The notes beneath the pieces were generated by a model. The model saw only the letters and a program-made list of their open reading frames with translations. It had not been told where the DNA came from and made no database searches. A program made the translations under genes and the position numbers. From contig CAWCTG010000007.1 of assembly GCA_963798375.1 (NCBI GenBank), positions 77,586-141,585 on the forward strand: a stretch of 64,000 nt of DNA, in the 5' to 3' direction. Position 1 is the stretch's first letter. Each line of letters begins with the position of its first letter. Source of the stretch: Candidatus Binataceae bacterium (GTDB lineage: Bacteria; Desulfobacterota; Binatia; Binatales; Binataceae). Positions 1-9,441 of this stretch are shown piece after piece.

Positions 1-612
1 AGACTCCGCAAATCGCATGACGTGACGTCCAATCGAGCGGCATCCGTCGCGTGCGCACCAGCCGTCCGATGGTGAAGATGTACGCGAGCAGGGACGCTGC
101 GATCACACTGCTCCATAGAGTCACGCCGGCGGCCCCGGTCAGCAGAGTCACTCCCAGTCCGACGATTCCAATCGTGAGCGCGTAGAGTTGCCAGATCGCG
201 GCCGCGGGGAGTTCGATCTTCGGCAGCAAAAACGCGGGTAGCATCCGGTAGGACACGGCGCAGATGGTCAGCGTTACCCATCCAAGCGCGGCGAAATGTA
301 CGTGACTGGAAAGATTCGTCAGCACGCTGCCGCCAAGGAAATCGTAAGTCTTGTCGAGGCCGAGCGTGAGTCCGATTGCAGCCGCGAGTACCAGAAAGCA
401 CACGCCCAGAAACATCCCCGTTTCGGCAACGCCGCGTCCGACCTGCGCCCACAGACACGGGATGATCTCAGCGGCGAACATCAAAACGCTTATCACCACC
501 GCGATCGCCGCGAGCCAGAGTCCCAGCCATATTCCGATCTCGAAATGCGCGATCATCCCCGAAACGCTGATCACGTAGAGCACGAATTGCGCTAACGCCA
601 TGCGCGGTACGG
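1..612 (-). CDS. polytopic integral membrane protein (runs off the window start); internal H..GW...YR.LPAF repeats shared with the adjacent 592..948 ORF, so possibly one frameshifted gene
   Basis: My own reverse-strand translation from about 612 gives MALAQFVLYVISVSGMIAHFEIGIWLGL... This is hydrophobic with multiple TM helices and no stop before the window edge. This ORF is not in the supplied track. Confidence 0.4.
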
Positions 613-948
613 GACCGGATGGTGCGTGAGCGCCGGGACGTACCGATACATCACGCCCATCATTGCCGCGGTGATCCACCCGAGCGTGAACGTATGCACC
701 AGCGCCAGCGGCCTCATTTGATAGAAAAACGCGGCGACGTCCGTGATTACCAATGGCATTGCGGCGACGCCAACGGCGAAGAACGCGACCGCGGCCGCAA
801 AGAAATGGATCGGTGTGCGGCCGATCCGGAGCAGGTCGGGATGATTCAGATGCTCGTGATGACCAGCGGCCCGCGCTGCTTTGGGAGCCGATGCCGGCGA
901 AGAGCCCGAGGCTTCGGATTGCTCTGTTGTTTCAAGTCTGCCGGGCAT
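592..948 (-). CDS. His-rich membrane protein segment (HHEHLNH...HTFTLGWITAAMMGVMYRYVPAL); likely the 5' part of the same membrane protein as 1..612
   Basis: 118-aa ORF overlapping the downstream ORF by 20 nt in another frame. The motif HTFTLGW..YRYVPAL recurs as HVHFAALGW..YRMLPAF in the downstream ORF. Confidence 0.35.
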   Translation of the reverse strand: MPGRLETTEQSEASGSSPASAPKAARAAGHHEHLNHPDLLRIGRTPIHFFAAAVAFFAVGVAAMPLVITDVAAFFYQMRPLALVHTFTLGWITAAMMGVMYRYVPALTHHPVPYRAWR

Positions 949-1124
949 GACGCGAAAACCGTTTCATCTTATCCTGCGGCCGGCCGCCGAGCTAAGTCCG
1001 CGGCTAGGGCGAAAGACCGACAGAAGAGATTCGCGACGCTTGCCGGTTGCAGATCTTGTGCGTTACTAGTGGAATAGACGCGAGTTTATCCTGGCCTGCA
1101 TGGGCCGGTCGCGTGACGAGGAAG

Positions 1125-2165
1125 ATGCCACACTCGAGGGCGCGGATCATTGTCGATGGAGCGGTCGCGGGAATCATCGGCGCCATTGTCGTTGCCGTCT
1201 GGTTTCTAATCTTCGACGTAATTCGTGGCCACGCATTTGAAACGCCGGCTCTGCTGGCGGCGACCATTCTGCATGGGTCGCATAGTCACGAGATCCATCA
1301 CGGGCTGAAGCTGCTGGCGCTGGAATACTCGCTGATCCACTTTGGCGCATTCATCGCGTTCGGCATAGCTGGAGGATTGCTGCTCGAAGCCTGCGAGACC
1401 GAGTCATCGCTGCTCTTTTCGCTGGTGATTTTTTTCGTCGCATTCGAAGTTTTCTTTATCGCGGTAGTTCTGTTCCTGGGCCCGAACGTGATGGCGGAAC
1501 TGACCTGGTGGGGCATCATTGTCGGCAATCTGCTCGCCACGGCCGCGATGCTTTCATATTTCTTGTGGCGGCATCCTGCGCTTGCGTGGCATCTGCTGGG
1601 TGGCTGGATCGCGGTCGCGCGCGAAGGTGTGACGGCCGGACTGGTGGGCGCGACCGTCGTCGCCATCTGGTTCATGGGCTATGACGTCGCCTCGGGCATT
1701 TCGTTTCACACGCCGGCGATTCTCGGCGCGATGGTATTTCGCAACGCGGACGTGAGCGATGGCATCCAAGCGACGTTGCCGCTGGTGCTCGGCTACTCGA
1801 TTCTGCATTTCTTCGCGTTCGTCATGTTCGGACTGGCACTGGCGATTTTGCTTGCGGCGTCGGAACGGGAACCGTTCATGGTGCTCGGTGCGCTGCTGCT
1901 GCTCGCGGTGTTCGAGGTTTTCTTCGTCGGATTCGTTTCGCTGATCGATCAGTCGGCGCTTGAGGCCTTGGGATGGTGGAAAATCGTCGCGGGAAATATC
2001 CTGGCGCTGATCGCGATGGCGGCGTACTTCATCCGTGGCCATCGCGGACTCGGCATCAAGCTGGTTGAGCGGTGGGCGATGCTCGATCATGAAGGCGCCG
2101 AGATGGGCGATCAGCCGCCCGCGCCGCCCAAGCGCGAGCCCGACAGTCATCCGACACACCTTTGA
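1125..2165 (+). CDS. integral membrane protein made of two homologous ~170-aa halves (internal duplication)
   Basis: The first half (AGIIGAIVVAVWFLIFDVIRGHAFETPALLAATILHG...) aligns with the second half (VGATVVAIWFMGYDVASGISFHTPAILGAMVFRN...). Hydrophobic throughout. Confidence 0.5.
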   Translation: MPHSRARIIVDGAVAGIIGAIVVAVWFLIFDVIRGHAFETPALLAATILHGSHSHEIHHGLKLLALEYSLIHFGAFIAFGIAGGLLLEACETESSLLFSLVIFFVAFEVFFIAVVLFLGPNVMAELTWWGIIVGNLLATAAMLSYFLWRHPALAWHLLGGWIAVAREGVTAGLVGATVVAIWFMGYDVASGISFHTPAILGAMVFRNADVSDGIQATLPLVLGYSILHFFAFVMFGLALAILLAASEREPFMVLGALLLLAVFEVFFVGFVSLIDQSALEALGWWKIVAGNILALIAMAAYFIRGHRGLGIKLVERWAMLDHEGAEMGDQPPAPPKREPDSHPTHL

Positions 2166-2172
2166 CGTCAGG

Positions 2173-2970
2173 TTAAATTCCGAGCACGTCGCGCATCGTG
2201 TAGAGGCCGGGCTTGCGGCTTATGAGCCAGCCGGCGGCACGAAGCGCGCCGCGCGCGAGCGAGTCGCGGCTCTGCGCGCGATGAATCAACTCGAGGCGCT
2301 CGCCCTGCCCGCCGAAAATCACGGTATGATCGCCGACCGCGTCGCCCGCGCGTATCGCGAGCACCGCAATCTTGCCGTCGGGCCTGATGCCGGTGATTCC
2401 ATCGCGGCCGAACACCGCGTTAGAAGCGAAATCCACGCCGCGTGCCGATGCGATCGCCTTGCCAAGCGATAGCGCGGTGCCGCTGGGCGCGTCGACTTTG
2501 GTGCGATGATGAATCTCGATAACTTCGGCGTCGAAGTCAGGAAGGATCGCGGCGACTTCGGCGACGATCTTGGCGAGCACGTTGACCCCGATACTCATGT
2601 TGGGTGCGATTACGGTGCGCGTCTTATCCGCCAGTTCGCGCGCGCGCTTTTCCATTTCGGGCGTGAAGCCGGTCGAGCCGATTACGATCGCAGCGCCCGC
2701 TTTCGACGCGACTTCGAGATGTTCCATCGAGGCGGTGGCCGTCGTGAAATCCATCGTGACGGTATCGGGCCGCGCGAGCGACGCATAGTCGTCGGTGATT
2801 TTTACACCGAGCGGCCCTACGCCGGCGAGCTCGCCCGCGTCTGATCCGATCGCGCTGTGGCCATGCGCTTCGAGCGCGCCGACGATTTTGTGCGCCGGAT
2901 CGCGCGACGAAAGCGCGACCAGCAGTCGGCCCATCCGGCCTGCTGCTCCAGCCACGATTAGATTAGCCAT
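2173..2970 (-). CDS. dapB: 4-hydroxy-tetrahydrodipicolinate reductase
   Basis: MANLIVAGAAGRMGRLL...EIHHRTKVDAPSGTA is a full-length DapB signature. Confidence 0.9.
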   Translation of the reverse strand: MANLIVAGAAGRMGRLLVALSSRDPAHKIVGALEAHGHSAIGSDAGELAGVGPLGVKITDDYASLARPDTVTMDFTTATASMEHLEVASKAGAAIVIGSTGFTPEMEKRARELADKTRTVIAPNMSIGVNVLAKIVAEVAAILPDFDAEVIEIHHRTKVDAPSGTALSLGKAIASARGVDFASNAVFGRDGITGIRPDGKIAVLAIRAGDAVGDHTVIFGGQGERLELIHRAQSRDSLARGALRAAGWLISRKPGLYTMRDVLGI

Positions 2971-3023
2971 CGGAATTCACTTTGCGCGCGTGACGCAGCT
3001 GGGGATGCGCAAGCGGTCGCGGG

Positions 3024-3284
3024 TCAGGAAGCCGGAGCCTCGGCCGGCGCCGCTTCGGGCGCGGGCGCTCCTTCCGCGGGCTTGCCATGCTTGGCCTTGA
3101 AGTGTTCGTCGCACAGGCTGCTGGTGCCGTGGCGATGCTTGCGGCATTTCTCGAAGGTGCAGGTTTTGTAGCGCGCCTTGGGCATCTCGCCGGCTTTCCA
3201 GAGCCGAAAGTGCATCCGGCAGTAGCCCTTGCCTACCGCCTCGCGTGCGCAATCTTTCGCTTTGCAGTTTCCTTTGTTCGCCAT
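3024..3284 (-). CDS. small Cys-rich double zinc-ribbon protein (two C-x4-C-x8/9-C-x2-H modules with a GYC..HF-like motif)
   Basis: MANKGNCKAKDCAREAVGKGYCRMHF...CTFEKCRKHRHGTSSLCDEHF, followed by an Ala/Pro-rich tail. Start chosen at the internal Met to avoid overlap with the upstream MFS gene. Confidence 0.45.
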   Translation of the reverse strand: MANKGNCKAKDCAREAVGKGYCRMHFRLWKAGEMPKARYKTCTFEKCRKHRHGTSSLCDEHFKAKHGKPAEGAPAPEAAPAEAPAS

Positions 3285-3372
3285 GAATCCCTTCTTAGAG
3301 GCCGCTTTCCGACTCGAGCGCGAGAGTTTGCGGCTGAGCAATTCATCTACAATAGTGTTTGGCGCCGGTGCT

Positions 3373-4554
3373 TCATAGAGGGCTGTCTTGGTGGTGAAAT
3401 ATTTCAAAATCAATCGTGCGCAGCGAAAGCGCCAGCGCCGCCATCGCGAGCGTGGCCGCCAGCGCGACCTCCATGCTTGCGCGCGCGCTCACATCGGCGA
3501 TCGCATGGCCCATGATCCACGGCGCGACGATCCCGCCGAGCGCGCCGCCCGCCACTACGATCGAAGTCATCCTGCCGACCTCGGCCGGGAACCGCGCCGC
3601 GCCAACCGCGATCATGTTGGGGAAGACCGGCCCGTATCCGAAGCCGATCAGGAACACCGCCGACGCCGCCAGACCGCCCGCCGTCGGCGCCGCGATCAAA
3701 ATCACCAGCGCGGCGGCCGACAGTGCAGAGGCCAGCATCGTGAATTGCGGCAATGCGATGCGATGCCCCAATCGTCCGCCAAACGCGCGCCCGCATACCA
3801 ATCCCAGCCAATACAGCGAGACGCCCGACGAAGCGAGCAACGGGCTGAGGGCGCCCGCCGTGCGCAAGTAAAGAAAGAGCCACGCGCCAATCCCGATTTC
3901 GGCGCCTACGTACAGGAACATCACTCCGCTGATCGCCCAAATCAGCGGACGCGAGAGCATCGGGATAAATCCGTCGCCGGGCGCCGGTGCCGTTCGAACT
4001 TCGATCGCCGGCGTCACGCCCAAACGAAATGCGATCGCCGCACACACCAACGCGCCCGCGCCGAACACCCACCAGTACGGCAGGCGGCTCGCGAAGGCAA
4101 CGCTCACGATCAGTGGTCCGAGTAACGCTCCGACACCGAACAGCACGTGCAGATAGTTCAGCGCAGAGGCGAGCCGCTCGCGATTGAGCTCTGCGATCAG
4201 GGCATTGGCGCCGATATCGATACCGCCATTGGCGAGGCCGATCAGAAATCCGGCGCACAGCAGTCCCGCAAGTCCCGGAGCCACGGCGAGCCCTGTCAGA
4301 CCCGCCGTGAAGAACGCCATCGCACCGACGAGGATCTTCTGCGCGCTCAGTCGTTGATTGATTTCGCCGGCGATCAGCACCGATATGAAGTAACCGGCCG
4401 CTGCGGCGCTGACGATCAATCCAGCGCGTTCGATCGGCAGATGGGCGGCATGGGAGATCTGCGGCAGAAAGGGGCCGATCCAGCCGCTATGGATGCCCAC
4501 CATCAGCAGGCACGAATATGCCAGCCGGGTGATCGTTCCCTCGCGGCTCATCAT
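3373..4554 (-). CDS. MFS transporter
   Basis: 393 aa, 12-TM-like hydrophobic profile, typical MFS loops. Confidence 0.8.
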   Translation of the reverse strand: MMSREGTITRLAYSCLLMVGIHSGWIGPFLPQISHAAHLPIERAGLIVSAAAAGYFISVLIAGEINQRLSAQKILVGAMAFFTAGLTGLAVAPGLAGLLCAGFLIGLANGGIDIGANALIAELNRERLASALNYLHVLFGVGALLGPLIVSVAFASRLPYWWVFGAGALVCAAIAFRLGVTPAIEVRTAPAPGDGFIPMLSRPLIWAISGVMFLYVGAEIGIGAWLFLYLRTAGALSPLLASSGVSLYWLGLVCGRAFGGRLGHRIALPQFTMLASALSAAALVILIAAPTAGGLAASAVFLIGFGYGPVFPNMIAVGAARFPAEVGRMTSIVVAGGALGGIVAPWIMGHAIADVSARASMEVALAATLAMAALALSLRTIDFEIFHHQDSPL

Positions 4555-4560
4555 CCAACG

Positions 4561-5184
4561 TCACGATGCGACGGAGCGCAGCACGCGGTAGAGCGGTTCG
4601 AGCTCGCGAAACGCGTCGAGTACTTCGGCGCGATCGACTCTCAGCGCGTCGCGCACCGGCCATCCGAAGCCGACGTCGATGCCGCCGGTTTTTTTCGCGA
4701 GCGCATCCCCGAGTTTGTCGAAGAAGTCCGGGCCGGCCGCGCTCGAGTCCGGCAATTTCCGGCAGTCCCAGTTTCTGTACTGCTGGATCTTGGTGCCGCG
4801 AAAAGATTCTTCCAATTCAGCCGACTTCGACTTGACCAGCCGCGCCATCTCGGGGCGCTTGTCGGCGTCGGATTTCACGACCGCGCGCGCGTGGATGCCC
4901 GCGCCGGAGATGCATAGCGCGAGATATCCGTAGCGCTTGTATCCCCTCGGCGACGGCCCGAATGCTGCCCATGTCTCATCCGGAGGATTCACCGTGCGCC
5001 GCATGTGCTTGGCGACGTGCGCGAAGAACTCCATGTGCAGTTTTCGCGACAGTTCGGGCGCCAGTTCGATCCCCAGCCGGACCAGCCGGGGCCTGATGCG
5101 CTCGTAGATCTTCGCCATGCGAGCGTTGAAACCCTCGATCGCGAACACCTCAAAATCGCCACGCGAAAAACCCAACGTCGCCAC
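4561..5184 (-). CDS. DUF1054 (YktB/UPF0637) family protein
   Basis: The N-terminus FSRGDFEVFAIEGFNARMAKIYERIRPRL matches the DUF1054 signature. Confidence 0.65.
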   Translation of the reverse strand: MATLGFSRGDFEVFAIEGFNARMAKIYERIRPRLVRLGIELAPELSRKLHMEFFAHVAKHMRRTVNPPDETWAAFGPSPRGYKRYGYLALCISGAGIHARAVVKSDADKRPEMARLVKSKSAELEESFRGTKIQQYRNWDCRKLPDSSAAGPDFFDKLGDALAKKTGGIDVGFGWPVRDALRVDRAEVLDAFRELEPLYRVLRSVAS

Positions 5185-5194
5185 TAGTCCGACC

Positions 5195-5608
5195 TCACTT
5201 CGCGACTCGGCCGCGCTCGATCCCCTTGTGCGCCGCGATACTCTGCTCCCAGTTGCGTCCGTCGAAATGTTCGTACTCGAGCCGGCTCAAGTCCACACCC
5301 TCGAGGCATCGCGCATTAACGTCGATGCCGTCGGGATCGGAGCGCGGAATATAGAACGATGCGACGCCGCAATTCGGGCAGAAGAGATGCTTCGCGACTT
5401 TCGTGTTGAAGGTGTACGCCGCGATGTTGTCGGACGGTGTGAGCAACCGGAACGCGGCCCGCTCAACGATCCAGTGTAGGTAGCCCTTCTTCGTGCAAAT
5501 CGAGCAGTTGCACTCCGAGACGCGCTCGAGCTTGCCTCTCACTTCGAAGCGGATGCGTCCACAATGGCATCCGCCGCGGTAGGTTCGTTCGTTTATTTTT
5601 TTTCTCAT
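5195..5608 (-). CDS. GFA family protein (glutathione-dependent formaldehyde-activating / CENP-V-like zinc protein)
   Basis: CHCGRIRFEV...CNCSICTKKG...CPNCG cysteine pattern. Confidence 0.75.
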   Translation of the reverse strand: MRKKINERTYRGGCHCGRIRFEVRGKLERVSECNCSICTKKGYLHWIVERAAFRLLTPSDNIAAYTFNTKVAKHLFCPNCGVASFYIPRSDPDGIDVNARCLEGVDLSRLEYEHFDGRNWEQSIAAHKGIERGRVAK

Positions 5609-5855
5609 GAACGCTCTTTTAACGCAGCCCTTGCGGCGAGGAAACCGCGCTGGCGTACGAAATTGGTATGTCGCCTATACGATTTGGAACGCGTAAATTT
5701 GCCGGGTTACATTTTCGCATCATCGAAACACCGCTGATTCCTGCGGAAAAACAATCGCCATCGGCACGGCACGCAAATCGCTTCCGCTATTATCAACAGT
5801 ATGCATTGAAACCAGATGCTATCAGGGTCGTACTAACCTATGCGGGCGGAGGTCC

Positions 5856-6167
5856 ATGAAGATGAAACGAGGAATGACGATATTATCCGCAGTGGCACTG
5901 ACATTTGCGATGGCGGGTCCCGTGATAGCACAGGTTCCCGTCACTCACGGAGCAGTCGCAAATGCGGACTACGCGTTTTTCGATTCGCATCCTGGCCTCG
6001 CGCGGACTCTCGCGAAAAATCCGGCACTGATCGAGAATCAGTCGTTCGTGGATGAACATCCGGAGCTCCGCGAGTATCTGAGGACCCATCCGAACGTGCG
6101 CCGCGAATTCAAAGCGCACCCGTACAAGTTCATGCGTCGCGAGGAGGGCTTCGAGGCGCATCACTAA
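5856..6167 (+). CDS. small secreted protein of unknown function
   Basis: Signal peptide MKMKRGMTILSAVALTFAMAGPVIAQV; 103 aa. Confidence 0.5.
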   Translation: MKMKRGMTILSAVALTFAMAGPVIAQVPVTHGAVANADYAFFDSHPGLARTLAKNPALIENQSFVDEHPELREYLRTHPNVRREFKAHPYKFMRREEGFEAHH

Positions 6168-6204
6168 CTGGAACTGTCCTGGCCAGTTGATTCCCCCCCA
6201 AGTA

Positions 6205-6240
6205 GCGCAGGAGGCCGGCCATCCGGTCTCCTGTTTTTTT
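6205..6240 (+). terminator. rho-independent terminator (CAGGAGGCCGG..CCGGTCTCCTG + T7)
   Basis: GC-rich inverted repeat followed by TTTTTTT, directly downstream of the 5856..6167 gene. Confidence 0.55.
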
Positions 6241-6313
6241 GGCGTTCGCGGTCCGCGGACGCCACGATTTTGCCGGTAACGATCGCGCGACGCGCGTGTT
6301 AGAATCACACGCG

Positions 6314-7297
6314 ATGGCCGCGATATCCGAATCAGTCTCCGGTCCGCACTTCGACGCGACGCTGGCGCGCCATGGAATTCCCGCGCTCAGCCGTAAATCG
6401 CCCGTGACCATCCAGGTAAACGTCGGCAAGCTGTGCAACCAGACGTGCCATCACTGTCACGTCGATGCCGGCCCGCGGCGCACCGAACAGATGACGCGTG
6501 CAACCGCGGAGCGAGTGATCGAAATGCTTGCGGCGAGTCCGCGAGTCGGGACCCTGGACATCACCGGCGGCGCGCCGGAGCTGAACCCGAACTTTGTGAT
6601 GCTGGTGGAACGGGCGCGTGCGCTCGGCCGCAAGGCGATCGTCCGATGCAATCTGACGGTGACGCTGGAACCCGGGATGGAATGGCTGGTGGAATTCTAC
6701 CGGCGGTCGGGCGTCGAATTGGTTTGTTCGCTCCCATGCTACACCGCGGAGAACACGGATCGTCAGCGGGGCGCCGGCGTGTTTGACAAGAGCATCGCGG
6801 TGTTGAAGCAACTGAATGCGGTCGGATTCGGGCGCGGCGAGCTGCGGCTGGATCTTGTGTACAACCCGATTGGCGCGTCGCTGCCGCCGCCGCAGGCCGC
6901 GCTTGAAGAGCAATACCGGGACGAACTCGCGCGCAATTTCGGGATCGTTTTCGACCGGCTGCTGACGATTACGAACATGCCGATCGCCCGCTTCGCCAAT
7001 CAGTTGAGAACTGCCGGGATTCACTCGGCGTACATGAGCTTGCTGGTGAATCACTTCAACCCCGCGACCATGGATGGTCTGATGTGCCGCAGTCTGGTGA
7101 GCGTCGGATGGGACGGGCGGCTCTACGACTGCGATTTTAATCAGATGCTGGAAATTCCGCTCGGTGACCGTGCGCCATCGACGATCTGGGATATCGAAGA
7201 TGTCGGCGGACTTGCAGGCGCGCGCATCGCGACCGGATCGCATTGTTTCGGATGCACGGCGGGCGCGGGATCGAGCTGCGGCGGCGCGATCGCCTGA
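6314..7297 (+). CDS. arsS: radical SAM / Cys-rich domain protein, ArsS-like (arsenosugar biosynthesis family)
   Basis: CNQTCHHCHV is a CxxxCxxC radical-SAM motif. The C-terminal Cys-rich tail GSHCFGCTAGAGSSCGGA is typical of the ArsS family. Confidence 0.65.
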   Translation: MAAISESVSGPHFDATLARHGIPALSRKSPVTIQVNVGKLCNQTCHHCHVDAGPRRTEQMTRATAERVIEMLAASPRVGTLDITGGAPELNPNFVMLVERARALGRKAIVRCNLTVTLEPGMEWLVEFYRRSGVELVCSLPCYTAENTDRQRGAGVFDKSIAVLKQLNAVGFGRGELRLDLVYNPIGASLPPPQAALEEQYRDELARNFGIVFDRLLTITNMPIARFANQLRTAGIHSAYMSLLVNHFNPATMDGLMCRSLVSVGWDGRLYDCDFNQMLEIPLGDRAPSTIWDIEDVGGLAGARIATGSHCFGCTAGAGSSCGGAIA

Positions 7298-7347
7298 GCC
7301 GAAGGGCGTCGCCTCGATCCGCGCGCAAAACGACAAGGAGAATGTTC

Positions 7348-8508
7348 ATGGCGGTGAAAATCGAAGGCACCTGCGATCCTAAATTCACACGTGTGAAGGA
7401 CGCGTTCGCCGAGAATTTCGAAAAGCGAGGCGAGGTCGGCGCTGCCGCGGCAGTTATGCTCGACGGCAAAAGCGTGGTGGATATCTGGGCCGGGCATGCC
7501 GACCAGGCGAAGACCAGGCCGTGGACGCGCGACACGCTCGTCAACGTTTACTCGACCACCAAGGGTGTCACCGCGATTTGCGCGCATCGGCTGGCCGACA
7601 AGGGCCTGCTCGACATCGACGCGCCGGTGGCGAAGTACTGGCCCGAGTTCGCGCAGGCGGGCAAGGACAAGTTACCGGTGCGCTTTCTGCTGAGCCATCG
7701 CGCGGGTCTCCCCGCGGTGCGCAAACCCCTCGACGACGACGCGCTCTTCAACTGGAACAAGATGACGACCGCGCTCGCGGAGCAGGAGCCGTGGTGGGAG
7801 CCGGGCACCAAGCACGGTTATCACGCGATCACCTTCGGATGGCTGGTCGGCGAGGTGATTCGGCGCATCACCGGCAAGACGCCGGGCGTGTATCTGCGCG
7901 ACGAGATCGCCGGTCCGCTCGATCTGGATTTTCATATCGGTCTGGACGCGAAGCATGATGCGCGAACCGCGGACATAATCGCCTTGCCGCCGCCGGGACC
8001 GGGCGAGCCGAATCTTTTTGCCGAAGTGATGAAGAATCCGGAATCGGCTGCCGCCAAGGCGTTCATGAATCCGCCGGGTGGCATGAGGCCAGGGCTGGTC
8101 AACACGCGGCAATGGCGCGCGGCCGAAATTCCCGCGGGCAACGGGCACGGCACCGCACGCTCGCTGGCGCAATTGTACGGCGCACTGGCGCGCGGGGGCG
8201 AATTGAACGGCGTTCGCGTGATGTCGAAGGAGCAAATCGCGCAATGCTCGATTGAGCAATCAAGCGGCCCCGACGAATTGCTGATAATCAACACGCGCTT
8301 CTCGTTGGGCTTCATGATGTCGCAACCCGGCGGAGAGCTGGGTCCAAATCCGAAGTCATTCGGCCATCCGGGAGCGGGCGGCTCGCTCGGATTTGCCGAT
8401 CCCGAGGCGAAGATCGGGTTTGGCTACACGATGAACAAGATGCAGGCGAGCTTGCTGATCGATCCGCGCGCGACTTGGCTGATCGAGGCGGTTTACGAAT
8501 CGCTGTAA
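7348..8508 (+). CDS. serine hydrolase of the class-C beta-lactamase / esterase (EstB-like) family
   Basis: The SxxK motif STTKG lies in a beta-lactamase-fold N-terminus. RBS AAGGAGAA precedes the ATG at 7348. Confidence 0.8.
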   Translation: MAVKIEGTCDPKFTRVKDAFAENFEKRGEVGAAAAVMLDGKSVVDIWAGHADQAKTRPWTRDTLVNVYSTTKGVTAICAHRLADKGLLDIDAPVAKYWPEFAQAGKDKLPVRFLLSHRAGLPAVRKPLDDDALFNWNKMTTALAEQEPWWEPGTKHGYHAITFGWLVGEVIRRITGKTPGVYLRDEIAGPLDLDFHIGLDAKHDARTADIIALPPPGPGEPNLFAEVMKNPESAAAKAFMNPPGGMRPGLVNTRQWRAAEIPAGNGHGTARSLAQLYGALARGGELNGVRVMSKEQIAQCSIEQSSGPDELLIINTRFSLGFMMSQPGGELGPNPKSFGHPGAGGSLGFADPEAKIGFGYTMNKMQASLLIDPRATWLIEAVYESL

Positions 8509-8664
8509 GCGCTCCGGGCGCCGGCGGTGCTAGCACACGACCGGCACGGATTGCGCGCGCCCGCGAGAGTATAGGCGTACGGTATGTGCAAGGTCGATCG
8601 CGACACGAGTAGATGGGAAATATCAGTAAAGATCGCCATCGGACCGGATTGAAGGTGCAAGCTG

Positions 8665-9117
8665 ATGAAGATCAAAACGAGCATTAACGTAGTCGCGGTC
8701 GCGGCCGTTTTCTGGATCGCGCTGATGGGTGCGGCTTGCGCTGCAAACATCCCCGTTCCCGGATGGGATCCGAATGCGTTCCGCGACCAGAGCACGCTCC
8801 AGATCATGACGATCGGCCCCGAGGAGGGCGAGCACTGGTCGAGGCTGTGGCTGGCCGTTATCGACGGGCAGCTATATGTCCGGCTGGGCGATCGAGCGTA
8901 CGGCAGAATTCAGAAAAACACCGCGGGCCTCTACGTGAAGGTCAAGATCGGCGACAATGAGTTCGACAAGGTCCGCTTGGAGGCGGCGCCTGAAATGACA
9001 GACAAGGTCGCAGCCGCGATGGCCGACAAGTACTTCCTGGACATCCTGATTCGGCACGAGTCGCATCCGATGACGGCGCGCCTGGTTGCGGAGCCGACCC
9101 CGTCGCCAGCGAAATGA
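8665..9117 (+). CDS. secreted protein of unknown function
   Basis: Signal peptide MKIKTSINVVAVAAVFWIALMGAACAA; 150 aa. Confidence 0.5.
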   Translation: MKIKTSINVVAVAAVFWIALMGAACAANIPVPGWDPNAFRDQSTLQIMTIGPEEGEHWSRLWLAVIDGQLYVRLGDRAYGRIQKNTAGLYVKVKIGDNEFDKVRLEAAPEMTDKVAAAMADKYFLDILIRHESHPMTARLVAEPTPSPAK

Positions 9118-9441
9118 CGGGCGAGGTAAGAGTCGGACGCTCAGCCGCGCGGGGGAAGGGCAAATCACTTTATTGAATGCGGAACCCACCGTGGGTTCCG
9201 CACCTCCTTGGGCAGGGGTGACCCCTGCACCCGATGCTAACAAGAGCGAGCGGAGTTTACCCTGGCGACTTCGGTCCCTGTTAGAAGTGGGTAAGGGGGA
9301 GGACGCTATAGGATGCGCTATAATGGATGGCGCGGCGCATCGCTTTTCAATGCGATGTTCGCGGCACTCTGAAGGCGGCAAATAAAACGATGCCGCCCGC
9401 CTGACTTCGGCGAGCGGCCGCTTTGTCCCCTTTTGTGAGGC

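Noticed and set aside
3388-4258. Several 150-280 aa ORFs (both strands) overlapping the MFS transporter gene
   Set aside because: They have an Arg-rich low-complexity composition and are antisense or off-frame to a clear MFS gene. These are spurious high-GC ORFs.
9118-9441. Possible tmRNA or RNase P RNA in the structured intergenic region
   Set aside because: No tag-peptide reading frame ending in ALAA, no GGUUCGAxUCC-like T-arm with CCA, and no RNase P P4 or GGGUAAGGGUGAAA-like conserved core could be found.
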